A DNA stretch of 64,000 nt from Candidatus Bathyarchaeota archaeon (GCA_963775465.1 CAVZIW010000001.1:224001-288000), one strand, 5' to 3'; positions 43,123-52,433 are shown, counted from the stretch's first letter. Program-made: numbers and translations. The notes: a model not told the origin generated them from the letters alone.

Positions 43123-43150
43123 GTACCGAGGGCAAGGTTTGAACTCACGA
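43123..43150 (-). pseudogene. tRNA 3'-end-like fragment (T-arm plus acceptor strand)
   Basis: Minus strand TCGTGAG-TTCAAAC-CTTGC-CCTCGGTAC: T-loop in a wobble-rich 5-bp stem, resembling archaeal tRNA-Ser/Leu 3' ends; no 5' half found. Confidence 0.4.
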
Positions 43151-43264
43151 ATGGCATGTTATGCAGTCTGTAATTTGGCCCAACTTTCGAATACTCTTTG
43201 CTGTCAGGATAACTATGCTTAAATACTTTTGTTTGACTGAAAGTGGCAGAAGAAAAGATGGTTT

Positions 43265-43341
43265 GCCGCCGTTGCACAGCCAGGTAGTGCAACTGACTGT
43301 TAATCAGTAGGTCAAAGGTTCGAGTCCTTTCGGCGGCGCCA
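43265..43341 (+). tRNA. tRNA-Asn (GTT), intronless, CCA encoded
   Basis: GCCGCCG/CGGCGGC acceptor stem, GCAC/GTGC D-stem, ACTGA-CTGTTAA-TCAGT anticodon arm, AAAGG-TTCGAGT-CCTTT T-arm, then G-CCA; TTAAATA box near 43219. Confidence 0.97.
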
Positions 43342-43421
43342 CTCCCAGTTCCACAAACTACCGTTTCTTTTTATCTTTTTTCTGGTTTAGCGGATGCTCC
43401 AAGGTTTGGGAGGGCTATTTT

Positions 43422-43742
43422 TTGAGCATCATTTTTACTTTACTTGCGTCAGCCTCTTAATCGTCATACGTTCAAGGCGCCAAAAACTAGGGCATGGATA
43501 GAAGAGCAGTGTAAAGGCAAGTATGTGCTTAACCTGTTTGCAGGTCCCTCTCGATTGATGGTTGCATTGAAGTCGTCAACGATATCGACCCTAACATGCC
43601 TTGCACGCTTTTTAGGATGGATGCACTGGACTGCGCCAAACATCTCAGAGAAAAAGGTGAGTTATTCGATGTTATTTTGCTTGACCCGCCGTATAGTTAC
43701 CGCAAAAGTATGGAGCTCTACAATGGACACAAGAATAGTTGA
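43422..43742 (+). pseudogene. Frameshifted, truncated amino (adenine-type) DNA methyltransferase
   Basis: Joining frames gives ...VLNLFAG (motif I)...VVNDID...MDAL...FDVILLDPPYSYRKSMELY*, with DPPY at 43683-43694; frameshifts near 43440 and 43555. Confidence 0.75.
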
Positions 43743-43866
43743 TGAGATAGAGGTGTCTGAGAATCGGGAAGCCCTGATCGTTTTGGCTGGCACAGTTGCG
43801 GGCGCTGCTACTACGTTTGTTGCTTTCTTTACCGATTCCGCTGATTAAAGCTCCGGTGGTTGCAGA

Positions 43867-44096
43867 TTATGAGAATAACTTGATGAATTTTTCCCTTTTC
43901 TAGTTTGGCGTCTTTCATTATTTTTAAAAGTAAACCCACGCCAATGTTTTCTTTAGCATGAACCGGAATCACAGTGATCCTGCCGTCTGCATGTTTCATG
44001 ACGACATGGCTGCCGTGTTTTCTAGAAACCTCAAAACCCAGAGCAGATAAGACTTTAATTACTTTTCTGGCTGGCTGGCTGCGGTCGCAGGCTCAA
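43867..44096 (-). pseudogene. hicA: HicA toxin, frameshifted
   Basis: KVIKVLSALGFEVSRKHGSHVVMKHADGRITVIPVH...IGVGLLLKIMKDA. Frame broken by an extra CAGC unit at 44067-44081 and an extra G near 43894; TTGA overlap with hicB. Confidence 0.8.
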
Positions 44097-44293
44097 TTGG
44101 TGGTGACCTCAACAAGCTGTATGCCTTCTTTAGGTTTGACAGCTTCAACCTCAAGGTAAGCAGTAATGGCTTCTTTGTTGCGTTTAGTCAATTGGTCAAG
44201 AGTTTTGGCTTGCGTGTGACAGCCGGGAAGGTCTGGAACTGAGGCAACATACATGCCATCTTCGTCCTTTTCAACAATAACTACGAACTTCAA
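44093..44293 (-). CDS. hicB: HicB-family antitoxin (short, no DNA-binding domain)
   Basis: FVVIVEKDEDGMYVASVPDLPGCHTQAKTLDQ motif. Confidence 0.88.
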   Translation of the reverse strand: MKFVVIVEKDEDGMYVASVPDLPGCHTQAKTLDQLTKRNKEAITAYLEVEAVKPKEGIQLVEVTTN

Positions 44294-44299
44294 AATAGA

Positions 44300-44560
44300 T
44301 CACAATTTAGGATTAGTTAATGCGCTTACTAAAATCTTCTCATCTAATTGAATGTTTGAGTCTTTCTTGGTATAATATGCAACCGCACTTAAGCCAATTA
44401 AAGCTGAAAAAGTAATTAGTAATGTGCCTTGGATAAATCCGATGGGGTGATTGAATGGTGGTGTTTTTGAATCAATGCCTGCCGCAAAATAAACTGGAAT
44501 ACTATCTGTAGTTCTTGAGTAAGTTATGCCCGCAAAGAATGTTAGCATGCTTCTTCTCAA
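44300..44560 (-). CDS. Hypothetical membrane protein or fragment
   Basis: One TM segment; N-terminus looks truncated. Confidence 0.3.
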   Translation of the reverse strand: MRRSMLTFFAGITYSRTTDSIPVYFAAGIDSKTPPFNHPIGFIQGTLLITFSALIGLSAVAYYTKKDSNIQLDEKILVSALTNPKL

Positions 44561-45101
44561 GCTGCCAGAAAAAATAACACCTCATCAAAAAACGAGTAAA
44601 ATCTGCACTTCATAGTTATCTATTTTAATGTAGAATCAAATGACCCAAACTTGACTATCTTTGCTTTAACAAAAGATCAGACCTCAAAAACAGAAACTAT
44701 TCTCGATAAAATTCCAAGAAGTCTAACTGCCTGCAAGGAGTATATTTTGCATCTTACTCTTTGGTGATTATCCCATTAAAGATTTCAATGTAGCTTCAGG
44801 ATCAATGCCTGTCAAGCTCTTGGTTAAAGAAATCTCTCAAGTCTTTAGGCTTCAAATCGGCTATTGTTTGGCGCTCGATTCTTTTCTTTATAAGCTTGAT
44901 AATGCATTGTATGAATGAAAAGCTTATTTGTGCTTGGATTAAGCTAAGTAACTTCAACTTTTCATACCTGGAAAAAAAAATCATGTTAAAAATTAACTCA
45001 TCTGAAATTCAATCCAGAAAACACCATTGCATTCTTAATTTTTCGGCTTCCAGCAAGGAAGCTTACAAGAGAGCTTACATGATTGAAGGGAAAGTAAAAA
45101 C

Positions 45102-45308
45102 ATGGTGATCATAGGTGATTATGCGAATTGCCCGCAATGTGCAAGAATAGGGCGAATTGTTTGGGTGTCTACAAATGGAGAAACGGTTGGAATCCAGTGT
45201 TCTGCAAGTCACCAACTGAATGTTATTCCTGATTCGCATGGATTTATGAAAAAAGCATCTAAGCTAAACAAAAACAGTGTTTTTTTAGTTAAAACTCGAT
45301 CCTTATAA
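45102..45308 (+). CDS. Small putative Zn-binding protein
   Basis: CPQC...GIQCSASH; GAAGGG SD-like upstream. Confidence 0.6.
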   Translation: MVIIGDYANCPQCARIGRIVWVSTNGETVGIQCSASHQLNVIPDSHGFMKKASKLNKNSVFLVKTRSL

Positions 45309-45703
45309 TTTACAAGTTAATACACTTTGTCTTAAGTGTATTTATCTTGGATTCATAACGATTTTATGATTTACACATTAATGAGAAATGTAAACTAGTT
45401 ATGAAGCTGTCTGTGCTTATCTCTTCCCAAGGGTCGCCATTACTGAGTTCCAAAATTTCTGGCTGTACAGGAATCTGAGCAAAATCTCAAGGTTTCATAC
45501 TCGGCTTCTTCGTCCTCTTTTTCAATCTTAGTCATTAAGTCAAGTAACTTCTCCATGCAAGAAGACAGTTTTGGCAAATCTTTTTTCCACACCAACCACA
45601 TTCTGAAAAATCATTGAAGAAAAAGTGGTTTTACTGTACTTGCATGACAACAATCACAAACGCTTAATATGCCAGATGCAGTCAATTCTTCGGTGAAATA
45701 TTT

Positions 45704-46108
45704 TTGGAAAAAGAAATACTTTTTGAAGGAAAAGAAAGCACCAGCTCCGTCAAGATAAAAGAGTTTAATTCTCAAGGTGCAAGTCTTGAAATCAGCCTCA
45801 AGGGAAAAGTCACAGGAAAAATTGAAGGTTTCATCTTATCCACGCACACGATTCTTATGAAGTTGGACCGCACAAGCGAGGTCGAGATCAAATCAATCAT
45901 CTTTAGCAACGGAGAACCAATCTTCATATCTGGAAAAGACGCCGGGAAAGTTATAGACCCAGCACCGACTGGAAAGATAGAGGGAAACCTAACATTCCAA
46001 ACACCCTCCCAAAGACTATCATACCTTAACAGTGCAAAAGGATGGACAGAAGCCCTCTACAACATTGCGACAGGCGAATACAACTTCAAAGTCTACACAG
46101 TCAAATAA
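45704..46108 (+). CDS. Hypothetical all-beta protein
   Basis: Alternating beta-strand pattern; GGTGA SD before TTG. Confidence 0.65.
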   Translation: MEKEILFEGKESTSSVKIKEFNSQGASLEISLKGKVTGKIEGFILSTHTILMKLDRTSEVEIKSIIFSNGEPIFISGKDAGKVIDPAPTGKIEGNLTFQTPSQRLSYLNSAKGWTEALYNIATGEYNFKVYTVK

Positions 46109-46126
46109 TTCAATAAAGACCTTTTG

Positions 46127-46309
46127 CTATGGGGATTTTAGTTTTCTGCCGCACATTGGGCAATCGACATACACGTGGTTTAAGTCTTTTAGAGTCTCTG
46201 CTATTGACAGTTGGAGGTAGCATTGAAAGCAAAAAAATATCCTACATTCAGGACAGTAGTAGACGCCACCGCCAACCATCCTTCCGCACGCATCACAAGG
46301 TCTAGACAA
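46127..46309 (-). CDS. Cys8 zinc-finger microprotein (RING-like spacing)
   Basis: CDAC...CPEC....CFQC...CPMC; start probably TTG 46309 (track start 46333). Confidence 0.65.
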   Translation of the reverse strand: MSRPCDACGRMVGGGVYYCPECRIFFCFQCYLQLSIAETLKDLNHVYVDCPMCGRKLKSP

Positions 46310-46459
46310 CAAGAAATCCATAAAGAAAAACATCCAAATCTTAAATTAAGGTTATATGTTAAACGACATTTGAAGCTAGCAGAGAGATAGCCAAAACTAA
46401 CCTGTTCAGAAATAAAGAGAAAAACAGAAAATTAATTAAATTAGAAAAAATAGCTGGGT

Positions 46460-46777
46460 TTATCTTGCCCAGCAGGGACCATAGCCATAACCGTAGTTGT
46501 TTCCGTAATTATAGCCGCCTTGATAGTGTGCAGGTGCGGGAACAGATCCATCTGTTGGCGCTTGAGGCGCAACATATTGACCAGCGTACGGTTGAGCGTT
46601 GCCGTAGCCAAAGCAGTTTCCGATCCAACCCAAGAACCCATCGTTTTGTGGTGCTTGGTTGGGGGTTGTTGCTGTGTAGGTTTGGTTTGCAGCTATTTGG
46701 GCTGAAGCCAACCCGACTGCAACCAAGGTTAATGCCGCGACTGCGACCAAGGCAATTATGATTTTTGTTTTTTGCAT
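46460..46777 (-). CDS. Small secreted Gly/Tyr-rich protein
   Basis: Signal peptide MQKTKIIIALVAVAALTLVAVGLASA, low-complexity YGYG tail ending GPCWAR; GGTGAT SD. Confidence 0.65.
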   Translation of the reverse strand: MQKTKIIIALVAVAALTLVAVGLASAQIAANQTYTATTPNQAPQNDGFLGWIGNCFGYGNAQPYAGQYVAPQAPTDGSVPAPAHYQGGYNYGNNYGYGYGPCWAR

Positions 46778-46943
46778 TTGTTTTATCACCATATTAGTAT
46801 ATGTGCATAAAAGCTTATAGCAGTTGCCTGAAACATAACTGAAACAGACCATGAAACAATCTCAAAAGGTAGATTCATATGAAATGAAACATATTATTTG
46901 TCATGTTAGTGGTTTTATGAAGGACAAATCTATCAGGAAAACT

Positions 46944-47117
46944 ATGCATCCCACTCCGAATAATCCAGGTAACCCTGAGAGTCCGCCTCCAGCCGTACCT
47001 ATACCTGGAAAATCCGCAGACGACAGCGAGCCTCAATCCTATAAATGCTCAATATGCGGAAACGTTTACAACAGCAAAGAGGAAATAGACGAGCACATGC
47101 ATGAACACACTCGCTGA
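46944..47117 (+). CDS. C2H2 zinc-finger microprotein with Pro-rich N-terminus
   Basis: YKCSICGNVYNSKEEIDEHMHEH matches the classical C2H2 pattern. Confidence 0.7.
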   Translation: MHPTPNNPGNPESPPPAVPIPGKSADDSEPQSYKCSICGNVYNSKEEIDEHMHEHTR

Positions 47118-47285
47118 GCTGATTTAAACCCAGAATAAAGACCAGTTTGCAGCGGGAAACATGGTCAATTTAGGATTTGAACTTTGTGGTACCGACTATT
47201 TCTAATTTGCTGACGGTTAATTCTATTTGTTGTAGTGTGTTGACTATAACATAACCTTAAACATAGATCTATGCAATATTGAGAT

Positions 47286-47417
47286 ATGTTAGAAGGCGAT
47301 CTTTTGACGGAGGATACGGAAATCAACTCCGCTTTAACTGATTTGTTGAAGAAGAACGGCTGCCCTGAAGATACCATAAAAACGGTTGTAGCCCTCTACA
47401 GTCAACCAACCCAATAA
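47286..47417 (+). CDS. Small hypothetical protein
   Basis: Manual translation (MLEGDL)LTEDTEINSALTDLLKKNGCPEDTIKTVVALYSQPTQ. Confidence 0.35.
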   Translation: MLEGDLLTEDTEINSALTDLLKKNGCPEDTIKTVVALYSQPTQ

Positions 47418-47605
47418 CAACAAAAACGCTGAACTTGAAACATTTCAAAACAGTCTTCACCAATCATTGATGGCCTACGGAGAGCTATCTTCACTCATCT
47501 ATAATCCCTAATTCCATTAATTAAAATCTAGTTATAAACTTTTGTAAACGTACTTAAAAAAGGAAAATCAAAAGAGAGGAAATTGCTCTAGCAGTATTTG
47601 CTTTC

Positions 47606-47890
47606 TTAGAGTTTCTTCGCCACTTCGCTTAATGGTTGTACAGGTTTAATGTCAACTTTCATAGGACCAAAGAACTCCGCAACTTTGGATTCGTCTGGTG
47701 CTTCGATTGTGAAGAAGCCTTTGTGGTCAACTGATTTATCTGCTGGACAACTCATGTAAGCTGCAGCAATATCTATACCAGAGTTCTTTACGTGCTCGTT
47801 GCTGAAAAGCTGCTTGAGCATAGCTTTCCCCTCTGCACTGTTCAGGGGACACATGGCTGCTGGATGAGTGTGAGTTGCTTCATATAACAA
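47606..47890 (-). CDS. DUF3303/GYD-like small ferredoxin-fold protein
   Basis: HTHPAAMCP...DHKGFFTIEA...IKPV pattern; GGAGGTGA SD. Confidence 0.65.
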   Translation of the reverse strand: MLYEATHTHPAAMCPLNSAEGKAMLKQLFSNEHVKNSGIDIAAAYMSCPADKSVDHKGFFTIEAPDESKVAEFFGPMKVDIKPVQPLSEVAKKL

Positions 47891-48428
47891 AAAATCACCT
47901 CCAATTCTTGGGTTCTACTGTAAATAAATCAAGAAATCTCAAGTTATTAAATCGCACGCTTCATGCAAAAATGGAGTCCTTTCGTACAAAATTGTTACAG
48001 CTCTATTCTTAAGTTACACTATCAATTGCCGAAAGGCCTGACAGCAAATTAGTTATGCAACATATTGACACGAGCAAGCACCCGAATTATAATTTGCCCA
48101 AAGGTTACTAAAGCAAGTGACCCAAAACTCTCGCGCAACCCTGCTTGGCTTTTTGCTGGTTGCCGCCATTGTGAAATCTTTTGTGAGACAGGGTTAAAGC
48201 CACCTAAAACGCAAATAACATGGTTCTGCAGTCTTTAGCTGATTGGTTTGATAATGGTTTCTTGGCAGTTTTAACTTCAACTTCAACCAAACTATACATA
48301 CCTCCCTGAGTTTGACCCCAACCAGCAGCAGAGAAATACGACAAACTACGAATTAGCTCTTAAGACAACGAAAAACAAGATAACAATAGCTTCTATGTGG
48401 GTTTATAGGAATAAGTTTTAGTAAAATT

Positions 48429-48540
48429 GAAGGGTTTGCTGAGGCTCTGGGCTTAAATGGAGAAATTAGAGAGAATGCAAACTCTCTTGCAACAGCTTAT
48501 GGCTATTTCGTGAAATATGGCCAGAGCCCTATCAGCCCCA
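48429..48540 (-). ncRNA. Putative structured element, copy A (three-way junction closed by a BHB-like stem)
   Basis: GGCTCTGG/CCAGAGCC stem, AGAGAG/CTCTCT hairpin; homologous to 52281-52387. Confidence 0.5.
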
Positions 48541-48597
48541 TTGTTTTCTTATACATTTAAACAAAAAAAGGGAAGTTTTGTTGTTTGCATGTTACTT

Positions 48598-51264
48598 TTA
48601 TGGTCGTTTTCTAAGTATCAGAACTGTGGCTATAGCTATTGCAATTATTATAGCGACGACGCCGATTGCTAAGAACATCATTACATCTGCAGTTGTTGCT
48701 AGACCTGTCTGAATACCTTCGGTTGGTGCAGGTGTTGCTGGTGCAGGATCAACTGCGAAGCTTGTTTCAGAGTAGCTTGGCCAGTACCCATTTGTGCCAT
48801 AGAAATTAGCAATGACGGTATATTTGCCTTCAATGTCGGGTGTCCACTGATAACTATATATTCCTGTCGCGTCGGTTGTTGCTGTACCAATGTTGCGGTA
48901 GTTTCCGTTGGAGTCAATAACGTCTAAAATTACGTCAACGCCTTTGAAGTTTGTCGGTAGTGGTTTCTGTTGATATACATATCCCATCCATTCAGTCATG
49001 GCCTCATCAGATGAGAGGGGTACGCCGTTTGCAAAGTTAGCTTTTTGTTGTTTCTGTTCAGTGCCAGATGAAACGTCAGTTACAGTACCGCTTACAATTA
49101 GTGAGCTGCCTAGTGTTATTCCGGCTTTTGGTGCATCTACAGTTAAGGCGCTTGGACCTCTTCCTACAACGTAGATTTGGTTATCATATCCATTGAAGAA
49201 CGTTGCATATCCGTCAGCTATGGCATAACTGGTTGTGCTTCCTCCACCACCCGTATAGTCAGATAGAGTCCATATTTCAGTGCCGTCAGTAGCGTTAATA
49301 GCACGAGCTAAAGCTCCTTTATAGATTGGGTTAAGAATAGTGTGCTCAGTTGTTTCTGTGTATATTATCCCGTTACCAATAGCTGTTATAAAAGTAGGAT
49401 AGACGCCATATCCAGTATAGAGTCCTGAGTTAGTAGTGTTACCTTCTCCACCGTTACCGTAAGTCCACTTTAGGTCACCATTTTGTGAGTCATAGCAATA
49501 GATTACTCCGCCAAATCCGCTATAGTAAAGGTTACCGTAAGCAAGTTGGGCACATGGAACACCGCCAAAATCGTTGCCATAGTAGTCAAGGGCTTTTTCA
49601 TCACCTATTGGACCCCATATTCGTTGACCAGTATCCAGACTGTATGCGACCCATTGCGAAGTTTCTTTGTGGGATTCAACAAAGACACGACTTACTGGGT
49701 CAGCTCCTGCCCAGAAGACTGTTACGTTACCTGCTGGGGGTTGAAGCGTATTTGACCAAAGCATTGAACCTGCATGAGTTGCGTCGAGACTGACAGCAAA
49801 GTACGTGTATGGATCTTCACTATATCTACCAAACGCTGCTGGAGAACCACCTGACGGTAATGTACCAGTGTAACCAAGCAATACGTCGTTGTAATAGGCA
49901 ACTACTTGTGTAGGTGTTCCTGTCAAGGTATTTAATGCAGAGGCTGAAACGTTCCAATCATAGTTGGCGGGAGAGGTACCATCATAAGTGTATCCTACAG
50001 TTACTGGAGAAAGAAAGCCTGCGCTAGTGTATATCATCCGGGTAAAGTTCCATTCGCTTACATAGTAATTTGGTGCTGTTGGTGAACCTTTGTTAGTCAA
50101 GCTGTAGATGAGGTATTCTCCGTCTGGACCCATTGCAGGTGACCCTGCAGGAACGTTTGTCACGTTCATGATCCAATTGCCTGTGTCAGCGTCATAGATT
50201 ACCCATGTTGTTGGAAGGAATGTTCCGGTGAAGAAGTTGAACCCTCCTGAAACTGTAACTAGCATCGGTGGGAATACTCCGTGTTGGTTGGGGTCATTTG
50301 GCGGGACATTGGGCATGATTCCGAATGAAGGAGCAGTCACATCAGAACGAGACCAGATTAATTCTCCTGAACGCAGATCGACGCAAATAGTCGGTGTAGT
50401 ACTGCCCGTCGAAAATGACAATGGTGGATTGTAGTATAGCATTCCGTCCATTATTATCGGATTCGTAAATCGATTAATGTATGCAGATCCTTCAAAGAAG
50501 TCGACACCGGGAACTAAATAATCAGTTCCCCCGACAACTCCTCCACTTTGCAGAGGTTTAGTCCACATTATGTGTGAAGTTTGCGGTCCTACAGCGCCAG
50601 GAATATATTTGCTGGTGTATGAATTTTCAGTGGTGAACCATGGAGAACTAGTGCCTAGCCAATTTGATGAAACCGACCACCAGTCAGTGTTTTCTGCGTA
50701 GATCGGACGTGTCCAGTACTCTGTTGGCAATGGGTAGCTACTTATGGCAATTATTGGGTCTTGCTGAACCGTTACGGTTGTAGTTGCACTGCTGGGCAAG
50801 TAAGTGTCATTTATGTATGCACTCTGATGTGGGAAAGGGTTAGTGAAGTCCGTAATAAAATCAGTGAAATCGTATACTTGTCCTGGGAAATTGAAAGTGA
50901 AGATATACTCGCCCACTGTGTCAGGTGTATAGGAGTAAAATTGTGCTGAAGTTGTGTCCTCTTCAACTGGAAAAGTTGTTGTTTCATTCTGTCCATTGGG
51001 TTTTGTTACGGTGAGCTTATAATTATGCCATCTATGGTCATTTCCCACGGCTGCTCCATCAGGTATTTTGTCAATCCACATGATAAGGTTGATTTTTTGA
51101 CCGACTCCCACCGGATCGGGTGCAGCGTTAATAAAAGCATACGTCGGGATAGTCCACGGCGGTGTGTGTGCACTAGCATTTGGCGTAAGAATTATTGATG
51201 CTGAAATTGTTCCAATTAGAAGCAAAGCGAGAAAAATTGCTAATTTATTTTTAAAAGGTTTCAT
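48598..51264 (-). CDS. PQQ-like beta-propeller repeat surface protein, paralog 2
   Basis: Same architecture as paralog 1: PTEYWTRPI, DVIDSNGNYRNIGT, TM plus RKRP; GGAGA SD. Confidence 0.85.
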   Translation of the reverse strand: MKPFKNKLAIFLALLLIGTISASIILTPNASAHTPPWTIPTYAFINAAPDPVGVGQKINLIMWIDKIPDGAAVGNDHRWHNYKLTVTKPNGQNETTTFPVEEDTTSAQFYSYTPDTVGEYIFTFNFPGQVYDFTDFITDFTNPFPHQSAYINDTYLPSSATTTVTVQQDPIIAISSYPLPTEYWTRPIYAENTDWWSVSSNWLGTSSPWFTTENSYTSKYIPGAVGPQTSHIMWTKPLQSGGVVGGTDYLVPGVDFFEGSAYINRFTNPIIMDGMLYYNPPLSFSTGSTTPTICVDLRSGELIWSRSDVTAPSFGIMPNVPPNDPNQHGVFPPMLVTVSGGFNFFTGTFLPTTWVIYDADTGNWIMNVTNVPAGSPAMGPDGEYLIYSLTNKGSPTAPNYYVSEWNFTRMIYTSAGFLSPVTVGYTYDGTSPANYDWNVSASALNTLTGTPTQVVAYYNDVLLGYTGTLPSGGSPAAFGRYSEDPYTYFAVSLDATHAGSMLWSNTLQPPAGNVTVFWAGADPVSRVFVESHKETSQWVAYSLDTGQRIWGPIGDEKALDYYGNDFGGVPCAQLAYGNLYYSGFGGVIYCYDSQNGDLKWTYGNGGEGNTTNSGLYTGYGVYPTFITAIGNGIIYTETTEHTILNPIYKGALARAINATDGTEIWTLSDYTGGGGSTTSYAIADGYATFFNGYDNQIYVVGRGPSALTVDAPKAGITLGSSLIVSGTVTDVSSGTEQKQQKANFANGVPLSSDEAMTEWMGYVYQQKPLPTNFKGVDVILDVIDSNGNYRNIGTATTDATGIYSYQWTPDIEGKYTVIANFYGTNGYWPSYSETSFAVDPAPATPAPTEGIQTGLATTADVMMFLAIGVVAIIIAIAIATVLILRKRP

Positions 51265-51391
51265 TTGTTCTTCTCCTTATTTTGCGATATCAAATCTTTT
51301 TTAACAAATTATAAGTCCTTGCAAGAAGCAGCCCTTCGGTCAGCTTATAAACAAAAAACTCTTATAGACTTTCAAATCATAAAAAACAGCG

Positions 51392-52181
51392 GTGTCGATA
51401 ATCATTGAAGATATTCAGATTGAGACGCTAAAGAATGTGGGGTTAAGTCTTGTTCAAGCAAAAGTTTATCTTAACCTTGCAAAGTTTGGCACAGCTAACA
51501 TTAAAACGATTGCTTCAATGGCTAGTGTCAGCTAGACAAGATACCTACAGAATTATGGCTTCACTTGAAAAAATGGGGCTTGTTGAAAGAGTAATTAGCC
51601 GAACCACAATGTTTACTGCAACACCGATTAGGGAAGGTCTCAATCGCATTCTTGAGAATAAGAAGAGAGAATACTTTGAAGCTGAAAAGCAAGTTGAAAC
51701 AGTCTTTGAACACTTTTATGAAAAATCGAATAATACCAATGGCGTGCAAGAGGAAGAGGTAAGGTTTACTATCACATCTGAGCTAAGTCTGCTTTTCGAC
51801 ACTCACGCTAAACTATCTGACAATTCATCTGAAAATATCGATACAACTCTTCCATTAAACCTGCAAAAGAAAACGCTCTTTCAACACTTCAAATATATCA
51901 AACGAGCGGTAAAGAGAGGCATAAAAGTTCGAGTTATAGCTCAGCTTTCCGAGCCAAAAAAGGTTTCAGGACTCCCAGATATAGTCCCAACAGAATCTTT
52001 CCAATTACGACATTTACCAAGAAGCACTAAACTTTTTGGGATGCATATATTTGATCAAAAAGAGATAACTTTAGCAGTATCTGAAACCAAACCCCTGCCT
52101 AGTTTATGGACAAACAGTCCGCATGTTGTGCAATTAGCTACTGTTTATTTTGAGAATTTATGGAAAGAGGCGCAGAAATAG
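51392..52181 (+). CDS. TrmB-family regulator divergent from paralog 2; +1 frameshift near 51530
   Basis: The upstream frame gives TLKNVGLSLVQAKVYLNLAKFG...ASV, joining ARQDTYRIMASLEKMGLVE; C-terminal IFDQKEI...LWTNSP. Confidence 0.8.
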
Positions 52182-52280
52182 ACTGATGTCATTGCTGTTT
52201 ATTGCACGTATCAACTGATCAGCAGTAACTATCCAATCAAAGACTATTTGGCAAAACAAGAATTTCGGGATTTTTGTGCA

Positions 52281-52387
52281 GAAGGGTTTTCTGACGCTCT
52301 GGACCGATTTAGGAGAAAAGAGAAAATGCAAACGCTCTTTCAATAGCTAATGCTATTTATAAATTTAACCAGAGCCTTCTCAGTCCA
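52281..52387 (-). ncRNA. Putative structured element, copy B
   Basis: GCTCTGG/CCAGAGC stem, AAAGAG/CTCTTT and AATAGC/GCTATT hairpins; homologous to 48429-48540. Confidence 0.5.
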
Positions 52388-52433
52388 TATATTCTCTAAT
52401 GTATCTGAAACAAAAAAAGGAAAGGTTGTTGGT

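Noticed and set aside
43444-43848. 134-aa ORF as a genuine protein
   Set aside because: A chimera of the methyltransferase N-terminus, an out-of-frame segment and an unrelated fragment.
45370-45600. Possible frameshifted acidic ORF on the minus strand (MEKLLDLMTKIEKEDEEAEYE...)
   Set aside because: Short, with no recognisable family, and the frame junction is ambiguous.
48480-48540. Hammerhead ribozyme (minus strand CTGATAG...CGAAA)
   Set aside because: The core is not CUGANGA, stem II is not formed properly, and copy B lacks the GAAA.
48411-48560. Plus-strand frame resembling a TFB cyclin repeat (SKIEGFAEALGLNGEIRENA...LYI)
   Set aside because: No start codon, and the homologous copy at 52281-52387 keeps base pairing but not the reading frame, so a non-coding structure explains it better.
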